Shown piece by piece: positions 1 to 10,576 of a stretch of DNA of 64,000 bases (within the stretch, counting starts at the first letter, position 1; every line of letters starts with the position of its first letter). The stretch is from assembly GCF_000143415.4 (NCBI RefSeq), contig NW_003314314.1:749771-813770 (forward strand). The letters run 5' to 3'. The notes under the pieces were generated by a model that searched no databases, had not been told where the DNA came from, and worked only from the letters and a program-made list of their open reading frames with translations. Made by a program: the position numbers and the translations under genes. This DNA is from Selaginella moellendorffii (taxonomy: Eukaryota > Plantae > Lycopodiophyta).

Positions 1-28
1 GTCATATAAGATCTTACAGAAACGTCAC

Positions 29-1407
29 CTTTCTTTGACGAAACATCGAGAACGAGAAAGAGAGAATCACCGAACCAAGAAATCCCATGAGCAAGTCACC
101 GGCACCAGGATCCCTAGGATTCTTTGTCAAATAAGCTCCTGACAAAGAGGAATTTGACAAAACACGAATAAGTTGCAAAACAGGTTGCACAGGAAGTGTA
201 CCTAGTATTGATTCGAATCCTCTTTGCGTGAAAAGGCCGAGCAAGAACGCGGCCAGGTCTGCAGCTATAGCACAGCACACAATCGGATGGAGCACCTTCT
301 TAAGATCCGCTGGGAAGCTACAGCAGACAATGAAACAAAAAGTCGGTTAGAACTAAAGTTGGACGAGCAAACCTTGAGCCCAGCATATATCCGAGAACAG
401 TTGCTGCAAGTAGAAAAGGCAGCGCTGTTGCTGGAAATGATCCAAGAGCCCCGGGAGACAAAACCGCTAGACCAAACGACAATACAAACACGATGGACCA
501 GGTTGTTATCTCTTTCGCTGTGAATGGAGCAGGCTTTGGAGTCGGCTCCGTGGGCTCTAGCTTGGTTCGAACGATTCCCCTGACAGCCACCGCAGTGTAT
601 CCCGCCACAGCCAAAGTTGCAGCCCATCCAAAAACTGCCAAGGAACAAACCATATCAGTAATGCCAAAACTTGAAACAGTTCTTTTATCTTACCGAGAAT
701 GGCACCAATCTTTGCACCAGCGGACGCAGGAATACCTTTGGTTGCAAGTGGAATGACGACCAAGGAAGGCACATAAAAAAGTGGCAGCCATCTTTGTATG
801 AACGTGATCGCTGGAGAAAAAAAGGAGACCACCGACGCAGCCGAGTCGGGTGATGCCGCGTCCAAAACGTTGAGGATGACGAAGATGCAAAACATCCCAA
901 ACAACGCACTTGGAAACTTTATCGACGCTGAAACGAAGAGTTTCTTGAGTAGCTTATCCAGTCCCAGGAAAATTCCCAGTGACACTCCCAGATGAGCCAC
1001 CTACATTCGCAAGAAAACTTCAGTACTTCGAAAACTTGGCCGATAGAAAAAAGAAAACGAAAACGAAAAACTGGATCTACCTAGGACAAAAACTCAAAAG
1101 ATCTTACTCAGATCTCTCAACATAGAAGAAAGATTACTTGCGTGAGTGCCAGAGAAGAAGCTCTCCCTTCTCCACTGTTGTGTCCTTCGGTGCTCGAGGA
1201 TCTTCGCACGAGAACGAGACGACGATTTCTTCCCGAGAGCGCAAGTAAGTTACTCTGGATGTCCATTCCTCCACCACCACCAAGTCTCGAGAGAAGAACA
1301 CGACCAGTGCCACTTCGATTTCCAGGCTCGCAGGTATTTCTCTTCCATTTCTCCGGAGGATGGCAGCTCGGGCGAGGAGATCTGAGACTTAAACTCAGCA
1401 ATGCCAT
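29..1407 (-). CDS. PLGG1: Plastidic glycolate/glycerate translocator (LrgB family), multi-exon; 3' end runs off the window
   Basis: Transit-peptide-like first exon (1407-1138), then exons reading SIKFPSALFGMFCIF...FIQRWLPLFYVPSLVV, VAGYTAVAVR, LPFLLAATVLGYMLGS, HPIVCCA, DPGAGDLLMGFLGSVILSFSFSMFRQRK, matching PLGG1/LrgB as recalled; GT-AG introns. Confidence 0.93.
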
Positions 1408-1641
1408 CGAATCTACGTACCAATCGGCTACCAGGGATCCACTGTTCTTCCCGTCTCTTATCTCGTGAAGCCCAGACCTGTGGAAGAAAAAAATTCTTCT
1501 ATCTTAAAAAACCACCCAATAAAACCATGCCACTTCTTTTGTCGGGACCACGACACATACCTTTAAGTGTAACCGAAGGAAAAAAAGAGAAACCCTTGCT
1601 CCTCCTCTGCGATCGATCGGTCGCTCCAGCTCCATCGATTG

Positions 1642-2788
1642 ATGCGAATGGCGCTGGCGGGGATCGCCGCGGCGGGAGCTATGGCAGCCGGGGGAGTGGC
1701 GCTGTGGAAATTCCGGCCCAAGGATCCCATCTTCGAGGTAACCTCGATCGAATTCAAGGGATTCCAGATGCGCTTCTGCACGGATTCGCCGATGCTCATG
1801 GCGGTGATCGATGTGGAGCTGGTGCTGAGCATCAGCGTCACCAATCCCAACGTCGCGCCGATTGAGTACACGAGCACTACCATGGACATCTTCTACCACG
1901 ACACACTTCTAGGGCAAGCCAAGGTGAGTTCTACTATACTTTCTATAGCTTTCTTCGTTCTTCCAAAAGAATGTCAAGGCGTGCTAGATCTTTTTTTTTT
2001 TCTTTGTCTTGATCAAATCAATGCTTTGAGATGGCAGCCAGCATTTTTTCGTTAGATCATCCATCACTCCTGTCAAGAACTGTTCTAGATTGAGAACACT
2101 GTAGAAACAAGTTATTCACAAGGAAAAACTATGAAAAACAATCGTGACCAATCAAGATCTCGATTGTTCACGATTGCTCATAGTTTTTCCTCGTGAATAT
2201 CTTGTTTCTTCGATTAAGGAATTGCTACATTGTTTTCCTCGTGAATTGCCTGTTTCTTTGATCAAGTAATTGCTACATTGTCTTGGTTCGCATGAATAGC
2301 ACTCCAATCTCTTCTTCTTCAAATTTGAGCTAGAAATCTAAACTTCCGTAGAAATCGAGAGCTTGGAAGTTCTTCCAGAGCTCGAGAGCGTGCATTCACG
2401 TCTAAACAACCAAAAAAAAAAAAAAACTTTATTTTTTTTCTTCCAGGTTGACGAAGGCAGCCAGGAGGCCGATTCCACCAAAATCCTGCGCGTCCCCGCC
2501 AAGCTCGATGGCCTCCAAGTCACGAACCACGTCAAGGATCTCATCAAAGACGTGTATAATCGCGAGATGCTGCTCCACTCCACCGTCACGATCTGCGGCG
2601 CCGCCAGAGTCTGGAAATGGCGCCACAAATTCGAGGTTTGTCGGCTCAATTCATCGCGCTCAAATCTCCCAATCGCGCTGGTCTTCCAGGTTCACGTCGA
2701 CAGCGACATCAAGGTCGATCCAATCTACCTCGACGTGATCGAGCAGGAGAATCGCGTCCATATGGAAATGCCGCTGGTGGCGGGATGA
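1642..2788 (+). CDS. LEA_2 (LEA14-like)-domain membrane-anchored protein; exons 1642-1923, 2447-2635, 2690-2788
   Basis: N-terminal hydrophobic anchor then RPKDPIFEV, NPNVAPIEY (LEA_2 NPN motif), LLGQAKV; phase-0 GT-AG junctions join in frame. Confidence 0.85.
2103..2280. repeat. Long imperfect inverted repeat (2103-2209) overlapping a 48-bp tandem duplication (2185-2232/2233-2280) in LEA_2 intron 1
   Basis: Arm agaaacaagttattcacaaggaaaaactatga...caatcaaga is the near reverse complement of tctcgattgttcacgattgctcatagtttttcctcgtgaatatcttgtttct, centred on AGATCT at 2155-2160. Confidence 0.9.
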
Positions 2789-3570
2789 GAAGCTCTGTTT
2801 TTAGGGTTCTTGATAAATGTCACTCTGTTCTTAGGGATTTTGGTCCCCTGTTTCTAGGGCTATTGCGAGTTTCGCCGATCCAAGCGCGATTTCCACGAAT
2901 TATTTTAGTGGGCTCGCAGCTGCCGGACAGCTGCGCGGACCCAATTGCCTGATTCCGCGCGCAACAGAGCAAAACAGGGCAGAATCTCGCAAGCCCAGGT
3001 GAGTGCAACGAAATGATTCACGGACGAACAACAACAGCAACCATAAGAACAAGGAAAAAGATGATGGAATTGTCGACGATCCATTCCATCGATGAGAGGA
3101 TCGAGGCATTAAAAAAGCCTCTGGGGAATTTCGAGGGGCTGGTTTCTCGTTCGCGCTCTTGCCTGCCTCATATCTCATCTCGTTTGATCTGTCTTGCGTG
3201 TACTTTGGCCAAAGAACATGTCCAAAAGAAACAAAGGTATTTATATATATTGTGTTGGTTGACCACTCTCCCCCTGTGTAGTCATGGTCCATGTCTCTCA
3301 CTCAACACACTCAAAGAATATCTCTCTTATCTCACATATCACACACACAACACTCAAATCCTCACTCTGGGATCCAAATCTCGGCTTTCCGATCGCTTGG
3401 GCAGCCGCAGCGCGCGATTTCCTTGGATGGGCAGCCGCGAATCGGGAGAATTCATCCCGAATTGCAGTAGAATCGCAGCATCGGACCAGCGATGAACCAG
3501 AGCACTCGGGATTGTGCTTGATTCGTCCATCCATTCCCGTCGATCGATCGATTGGAGGTGGCGAGAGGTC

Positions 3571-5022
3571 TCACATCACAGCGACGGTGCGATCTGGCTT
3601 GCCCGGCCCGTGCGAATGCGAGGGAGGCGGATTGGAAGAGGACGAGGACGAGGACGAGAAGAGCTTCCGCAAGCCATGAACCCTAACGCTCCGGAGCGAC
3701 GGCCCAATGCACGCCGGGACGTGAAGAACGGGCGTCACTCGCACGCTCGAGGAGGAAGGCTTGTGATCCGATGGCCGCCTCCAGTTGCTCTCGCTGTGGG
3801 GCCGCGAATTCCCGATCAGGACGTGGTCCTGGAGCTGCATCTTGGCCGATAGCGTGGAAGAATTCGCCTTGCGATTGCTCCCACTTCTCTGGAGATTGCT
3901 GCCGCTGTTCTTCCCTGCCGACGAGTTCTGGAGCTGCCCATGGAGCCTGGCGTTAGAGATTCCAGCCGATGATCGCCGCCCCCTGCTGCTAGCCCGGCCT
4001 CTGTTCGAATCGGGCTTGCTCCTGCTCGAATTTCTGCCCGGGGCGATGGCGATCTCGTCTGGGAAATCCGCGGAGGAGGAGGAAGAGGAATTAGCCGACG
4101 ACGCTGTCCAATTCGAGGAGGAATTGGAGGAAGTAGACGAGACCGACGAGGAGTGGAGCGCCAGGATCTCGGGATCGCAGGAATTAGAGGAGGAATCCTT
4201 GAGCAGCGGCACCAGAGAAATGTCATGGACAATCTCTGCCGGATCATCCGGAGGAGAGATCTCTGGTGCATTGGAGCTGCTGGAATTGGAGCTGCTACTC
4301 CGGTTAAAGATCATCTTGAGAAGCTTGGCTGGAACACCTTGCTTGGAAGAACTCGATGCTTTTGGGGAAGAAATGGATTTTCTTTGAAATCCGAAGAGAT
4401 CTCTCCAGCGGCTGGAAGAAGAACACTTGCCAGATTTTGGGGGTGAGGAGGGGCGCGAGGTGTAGCCCGGCGGGGGATAGGAAGAGGATTTGAGCGTGGA
4501 CGCCACCACCAATGGGCGAGCGGGAGATCTCAGCGAGCGCTCGCGGCGCATTAGGGCAACCGGTGGCGATCTTGCCACGATCGATCCTTGCTGCTGCTTC
4601 ATCTGGGCGATGGGCTGGTTCTTCCCAGGCGGCGCTGGATCCATCCGGAGCTCGGACAAGTCCTGGACCATTTGGATTCGCGGAGGGAGATGGAGTGGCA
4701 GGAGCTTGCCCTTGTAGAAGAGCTCGTCGGCGGAGAGCATTGGGGGGTTCTTGGGCGGCGCCGCGCGATCGCTAGCGGCGGTGGCGCTGGCCGTGAATTC
4801 AAACTCGCCAGACGAGGAGGAGGGGCGGTGGCGTGGCGATAGCGAAGCGCCCACATTGCTGCCGGGATGATCTAGATCGCCCAGTTGGGCGAAATCGTTG
4901 GAGAACGAGATCCGTGGGCTGTGCCAAGATCTACCGCTGCTGCTCCTGCTGCTACTGCCGCCGCCGCCGCTGCCCAGATCATCCGAGAGCTCCACCGATT
5001 CCAAGAAGCTCTTGCCCGCCAT
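3571..5022 (-). CDS. Intronless Ser-rich, probably disordered plant protein; MAKR/BKI1-like
   Basis: 483-aa ORF with conserved islands SPRISFSNDF, EFEF, MLSADELFYKGKLLPLHLPPRIQMV, RWRDLFG, VRVTPVLHVP. Confidence 0.75.
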   Translation of the reverse strand: MAGKSFLESVELSDDLGSGGGGSSSRSSSGRSWHSPRISFSNDFAQLGDLDHPGSNVGASLSPRHRPSSSSGEFEFTASATAASDRAAPPKNPPMLSADELFYKGKLLPLHLPPRIQMVQDLSELRMDPAPPGKNQPIAQMKQQQGSIVARSPPVALMRRERSLRSPARPLVVASTLKSSSYPPPGYTSRPSSPPKSGKCSSSSRWRDLFGFQRKSISSPKASSSSKQGVPAKLLKMIFNRSSSSNSSSSNAPEISPPDDPAEIVHDISLVPLLKDSSSNSCDPEILALHSSSVSSTSSNSSSNWTASSANSSSSSSADFPDEIAIAPGRNSSRSKPDSNRGRASSRGRRSSAGISNARLHGQLQNSSAGKNSGSNLQRSGSNRKANSSTLSAKMQLQDHVLIGNSRPHSESNWRRPSDHKPSSSSVRVTPVLHVPACIGPSLRSVRVHGLRKLFSSSSSSSSNPPPSHSHGPGKPDRTVAVM

Positions 5023-5320
5023 AGCTATGGCCTTCCTCTTCCCGGCCTGTGATCGAGGCAGCGCGGCCTCTGGAAACCATGAGTCATCCGAGGCGATTCC
5101 ACTCCACTTCCTCTCGCCACTAGCATTTCTCGCGATCAGCGATGGATCGATCGATCCAGGAGGGGGAGAGCTACGAAAGATCCAATTGCTGGCCGGAAAG
5201 GAATCGCCAGGCGATGCCCTGTACTTTCTGGGCTAAATAGCAAGGAAAAGAGGATGGGTCATGGCTTTGCTTGTAGCAAGCACAACAGTGCAGCCATAGA
5301 CAGGCGGGCAAAACTCCCCC

Positions 5321-5504
5321 ACACGTGCCACGTGGACACGTCGTGCCAATCGGACGGACGCGATCGTCCTATACACCGAGACCGGATTAGTTATGATACG
5401 GCTTAACCCACGGCATAAACCCCTGTGGTTTAGACCATGATTAGTACGGACATACTGCCAGGGTGGGCCACATGGGGTTTAAATCCAGTACGGCCCACGT
5501 GGCC
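5321..5504. promoter_or_regulatory. G-box/ABRE cluster upstream of the MAKR-like gene
   Basis: CACGTG at 5322 and 5329, ACACGTC at 5336, GGCCCACGTGGCC near 5492, TCP site-II-like GTGGGCC near 5463. Confidence 0.5.
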
Positions 5505-5808
5505 AGAACAATATTTGTCTTTCCCGGTTATGTTAATCGTAGCCCCTAAAGTAGAAGCGTATGGAATCTCGCAGGAATCTTCCGTTCCATGGTAGCTGGA
5601 TAGAGAGGAATTTTCACCTAAGTGACAAGCGCTTGTACTTTACCTTGCAGCGGAATAAAGCTGCGCAGCAAAAAGAAGATCTCTACCAAATACGAGCCGT
5701 CCATTCCAGGATCTATCCAACGGCTGCAATTTAAAATTTTAAAATCTGGCGCGGGCAAGAAAAGAATATCCCCATAAAAGCGAAGGAATAAAAAAATTCA
5801 CGAACTAG

Positions 5809-8352
5809 CTAGAGCTGGCCGCTAGACGAAGAATTGCTCGAGCTTCTCAGCTCCTGCTGCTTCTTCCTCCTCCTCTCGCTGCGATTCAACACCGCGACAG
5901 CGCTCTCCAATCGGCTCACAATCTCGCCCATGCTCGGCCGCTCCTTCCCCTCGAGCCGGACGCACTCCTCCGCGAGCTCCGCCACGATCAACACCGCCTC
6001 CATCTCGTCCGCCTCCTCGGGAACTCCAATCCTCGGATCCAGGATTGAGATCACTTGCCCCGCCAGGATGAATGGCACCGCGAAATCCACCACATTGACA
6101 GGCAGCTGTGGATTCTGGCGGAGCTTGAGCCGGTTCTCCACGATGATCGCGCGCTTGCCGGTGAGGATCTCGAGCAGCACCACGCCGAAGCTGTAGACGT
6201 CGCTCTTGGTGGTGAGCTGCTGGAGCCTGTAGTACTCGGGATCCATGTAGCCCACGGTGCCGGCGGCGGTGAGAGAGAGATGGGACTCGCCATCGCTCGG
6301 ACCCATGAGCGAGAGGCCAAAGTCCGAGACCCTGGCCGAGCACTCGGCGTCGATGAGGATGTTGCTCGACTTGATGTCCCTGTGGATGATCGGAGGAACC
6401 GCGTACGTGTGGAGGTACTCGATCCCCCTGGCGGCCTGGAGGGCGATCCCGATTCGCATTTGCCACGAGTTTAGATTGATCGCGAAGATCCTCTCTTGCT
6501 GCTGTGGGACGATCTCTCCACCCTCTTGCCGTTCCTGGTGTTCTTCCTCCTTTCGCCCGTGGAGGTGATCGTGGACGGTTCCATTCGGCATGAAATCGTA
6601 GACGAGCAATCGCTCGTCGTCCTCGGCACAGAATCCCACCAGCGTCACCAGGTGCCGGTGGTGGAGCCTGGTGAGGAACTCGAGCTCGCTCTGGAAAGCC
6701 GATTCCTTGTCCTGGAACTTCTTCTTGGCGATGGCGTCCATGCCCGACGATCCAACCCCGCCGCGCTTGATCGCCACCTCGCGCCCGTCCGGAAGAACAC
6801 CCCGGTAGACGGTGCCAAAGCTGCCAGTGCCGATGCGATTGTCATCGCTGAAGTTGTCGGTGGCGGCCGCGAGCTCTTCCAGCGTGAATGTTTCAGCTCG
6901 GCCCAGGCTCCTCCGGCTCCCGGTCACGTACGATGCTCCACTGCGCTGCCGTCGCAATTGCTGCTGCTGGGAGATCGTCACCGATCCATTGTTGGCATTC
7001 ACGGAGTGATGGATCCTTCCGGACTCCGAGCGCTTGCGGAGCCTCGACCAAGAACAGAACGCGATCGCAACGAGGCCGAGTAGCATCCCTGTCGATCCCA
7101 GCACCACGCTCACGATCTCCACGTTCGATAGCCTCCGCCGCCGAGATCTTCCAGGAGGAGGAGGTGGAGGAGCTAGCGGTGGAGGTGGCGGTGATAAGCT
7201 GCATTGCCTGTCCCCGCCAGTGATCCCGCAAGGGACCTCCTCGATTGCCCCTTCCGGGCATCTGGTGCACGACACGCAGACGTGATTGAATCCACCGCAG
7301 ACGCTGGAATTCCCTGTGACATTCACCAGCGCGTACGATTCCGCCGCGCATTGCCCACTGCTACACGATCCTGGCAGCGATTGGCTCAACCCGATCGAGA
7401 CGCTGCCCCAGCAAGTTACCCCAAGATCGCCGCTCCTCACGCCGCAAGTGTAGAAATCCCCCGCGGCGATGGAATCAAACCTCACTCCTGCTGGCGCCGC
7501 GAGCTGCGAGGTGGAATTGTCGCCCCAGCAGAGCGCCTGGCGCGTCGATCGATCCAACCCGCAAGAATGCCTCTGCCCTAACGCAAACGCGAAGAACTCC
7601 ACACTGGGAGGGAAATCCAGCTGCCCGTACGTGTTATCGCCCCAGCAGTACGACACGGTCCCAAAGGACGAGTATAGGCCACAGGCGTGTTGGCCGCCCG
7701 CCTGTACGGACGAGAATGAGCCCTGCGATGGCTGGAAGCGCCGTTGGATCGATTCGTCGCCCCAACACACGACGCTCCCGTTTGACGCGACGATGCCACA
7801 GCTGAAATTCGAGCCGCTGGTGATGCTGGTGAGATTTGCTAGATTAGTCGGTGCCGCCATGCCGATCCCTCGCCAGCAATCCACGCCGCCATCGATCGAT
7901 CGAATGCCGCAGACGTGGGAATCGCCCACCGCGATCTGGGAGTAGCTCGCGCTCGAGAGGCGGCTGCGCGAGCTGAAATTCATGGAATCCCAGCAAAAGG
8001 GCTGCCGCGTCCACTCCCTGAGCGCGCAGAAGAATCCATTCCCGCCCGAGATACCAACGAAGGAAGCGTCGCCATAGCTGAGTGGGGGGCTGGCGCTGTT
8101 ATTGCTGCCCGCGCAGCTGATGATCGATCCAGCCAATCCGGGGACAATCCCGCAAATCCGAGCTTCTGGGTACGTGGGAGCGATCCCCGACATTGAACCC
8201 AATGAGCGCGCGGCAGGGATTAGCAGCGAGACGACGAGAAATCGACATACCAGACCCCATTTCTTCGCTAAAGCTCTGTTCTTGCGACCCGAATTCCTAC
8301 CCAAGGAGACCGAATTCTCAAGAATTGCCTGAAACCCACTACACCTGTCCAT
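5809..8352 (-). CDS. CRINKLY4-family receptor-like kinase (CCR3-like), intronless
   Basis: Crinkly/RCC1-like repeats (GxxHxCGI...CWG), Cys-rich stretch, TM helix, kinase with GTGSFG, VAIKR, KKFQDKESAF, HRDIKSSN, DFG, AAGTVGYMDPEYY. Confidence 0.9.
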   Translation of the reverse strand: MDRCSGFQAILENSVSLGRNSGRKNRALAKKWGLVCRFLVVSLLIPAARSLGSMSGIAPTYPEARICGIVPGLAGSIISCAGSNNSASPPLSYGDASFVGISGGNGFFCALREWTRQPFCWDSMNFSSRSRLSSASYSQIAVGDSHVCGIRSIDGGVDCWRGIGMAAPTNLANLTSITSGSNFSCGIVASNGSVVCWGDESIQRRFQPSQGSFSSVQAGGQHACGLYSSFGTVSYCWGDNTYGQLDFPPSVEFFAFALGQRHSCGLDRSTRQALCWGDNSTSQLAAPAGVRFDSIAAGDFYTCGVRSGDLGVTCWGSVSIGLSQSLPGSCSSGQCAAESYALVNVTGNSSVCGGFNHVCVSCTRCPEGAIEEVPCGITGGDRQCSLSPPPPPLAPPPPPPGRSRRRRLSNVEIVSVVLGSTGMLLGLVAIAFCSWSRLRKRSESGRIHHSVNANNGSVTISQQQQLRRQRSGASYVTGSRRSLGRAETFTLEELAAATDNFSDDNRIGTGSFGTVYRGVLPDGREVAIKRGGVGSSGMDAIAKKKFQDKESAFQSELEFLTRLHHRHLVTLVGFCAEDDERLLVYDFMPNGTVHDHLHGRKEEEHQERQEGGEIVPQQQERIFAINLNSWQMRIGIALQAARGIEYLHTYAVPPIIHRDIKSSNILIDAECSARVSDFGLSLMGPSDGESHLSLTAAGTVGYMDPEYYRLQQLTTKSDVYSFGVVLLEILTGKRAIIVENRLKLRQNPQLPVNVVDFAVPFILAGQVISILDPRIGVPEEADEMEAVLIVAELAEECVRLEGKERPSMGEIVSRLESAVAVLNRSERRRKKQQELRSSSNSSSSGQL

Positions 8353-10101
8353 GAAGCAAGCTGATCAAGCTTGGATCGTCCCCAATTGCAGCACATTTTT
8401 CGTTCCCGGGTCGTGCAATTCCGGCCGGTCTCGGGTTTCGATCGGTAAGGAGGAAGCGAACGCCTATTGATGAACGACCGCGATTTTCTGCCGCGCTGCT
8501 GGTACCTAGAGTCGTCGTCCAAAGTCCTCCACGGAGCGCGAGCTATAAATCCCAAAGCGGGCTTTTCTCGCAGCTCTCGATCGTTTCAAACCGGCGGCTC
8601 ATTGACCATTCCAGCACAGTGGAAATTAGCACCAAATTTTTGTGCGTGCGCGGTCTAGTAAATCTAATCGTTGTTTTCTTCTTCTACGTGGTCTTGGGGG
8701 AGCTTCCGCGATCCAGTTTTGTCAATTCAGCGCGCAGCGCGTGAAAAAGAGCCATGTCCGATTTAACCAAGGGCCGTAGGATCCCGGTCAAGCCCAGCTC
8801 TGACGTTGATTTGACAGGAATATTCTACCGATTTGAATTTAAAAGTTTTGCCGCGTGGCACCGCCCACCCAGCTAACCTGTGGACGAACTGTCGAACTCC
8901 GTTGAAAACTTGCGCTGGGGCGGAGGGGGGGATCGTTCTCGACATTTTTTGCATCTGAGCGAGTTATTTCTCGTCAATCAGGAGCTCTGGAATGCTACAA
9001 GGACGCCCAGAAAGCAAACGAAAAGAGATGGAGGGGATCCGTGGACGTCCTTGTCGGATCCACAAACACCCAAAAACCTTTGCTCTAATCTTTTCAATAA
9101 ATTCGCGAACCTTGACGCTGCTGACATTTGGCTGGTTTCTAGAATCATTTAAGCTGCCCTGGCCTTAAACCTGCGAAAAATAATCACAGTAAGTTCACGA
9201 CGAGAAAGTTGCAGAGTGTTTCTTCTACCTGTACTTCGGTTTGACGTTTACCAGGAAAGCAGCGCCAAGAAAACAAAGGTTTTGAGGCATTCAAAGCGAT
9301 TTTTACAGAGATTGGTACCTCTGAATTGAGTCCATGGTTTGTGTACAAGACCCTGGCCAAGTCCAGCCATGGAGATCCCTCTCAAAATACAGCGATGACT
9401 CCGCTGCTCTGAGAAGTCTTGACGGAATCTCGCGCCCTGAGACAAAAAAGAGAATAAAAAGTATGTAATAAGAGAAACTGAAGTTAACAACTTACCTCTC
9501 CAAACCTTTGATGCGATGCCGACTCGGTCAGCAAAAGCCCCAGTTGCCACCTCAAAAGATCGCTCGCTGTCGATGACTCTTGACTCTCCTCGGTCTCCTC
9601 CTTTAATTTGATTTTCGTTTCCTTCACACCTTAATCGTGGAAAGCGCGTTTCCCCATCGAAAGCCCCATTTCGCACGACTAAAGTGTTGTGTAAGACGAG
9701 GAAGAAGCACGGGGAGCGATGAATGCGAGCACCGGAGCTGGCCCTCTCTGTCTTCTCTGCCTGTAAAAACTATGAGAAACTCCAAAGCATTGTTTCTAGT
9801 GCTGCCAGTAAGTAATCCCACTGTGACTTAAAAAATCTCGTAGCTTACTTGGTTCGAGGAGGAAGGGGAACCGACGAAGTTTTCTAGTGCTTTCAACACC
9901 TCCAAAACTTGTGAGGGACAGGTAGATCGATCAGTGTATGCGCTGCATGATCCACACTCGTTTTGCTTTGCTGTCTAGATCAAATTCAATCACCAAGTAC
10001 TTAGACAACGAAGTAGGAAGAAAAAAAAATTCGTTTCCTTGAAAGCATTGAAAAGGTTATACCAAAGTTTCCGGACTGTTAGAACACATGTCGCTCCACT
10101 A

Positions 10102-10489
10102 CTAAAAAACGATCCCCTTCTTCTCAAGAAAATCTTTTGCCTCGATGATATCCTGACAGACAATGAAGCGAAAAAGATCAATCTCTTTTTTCCCGAGAGA
10201 ATTTGATCGAGAAAAGTAAACCTGTTGTAGTAGAATCGCCTCCTTGGGACACGATGGAAAAACCAGGAGTCCATAAGCAACCATCACGACGCCATAGCAA
10301 CCCAAAGCAAAAATCGCGAGAATTGGGAGCTACAAAGTCAAATATTTAGCGAAGAAAAGATAGAAGTGCAATACTCACGTAAGGAACGAATTTTGCTACG
10401 GGATCCGGTAGATCAGATCGAAGGAGTAGACTGAGCCACAGCGCGGTGACGAGAACAGCGATGGCGCCTAGCTTGATCACTTGCTTCAT
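10102..10489 (-). CDS. DPM3: Dolichol-phosphate mannosyltransferase subunit 3; exons 10489-10379, 10329-10222, 10152-10102 (89 aa)
   Basis: Spliced product MKQVIKLGAIAVLVTALWLSLL...LPILAIFALGCYGVVMVAYGLLVFPSCPKEAILLQQDIIEAKDFLEKKGIVF; two TM helices plus the DPM3 FPxCPxEA..LQxDIxEA motif; phase-0 introns. Confidence 0.92.
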
Positions 10490-10576
10490 GGCGCTCGTCG
10501 CGCGAGCCCAAGAACCCTAGATCGAATTTTGGCGCTCACATTTTTAGGGCTCTTAGTGGGTTTTGGGGTTTGCGAG

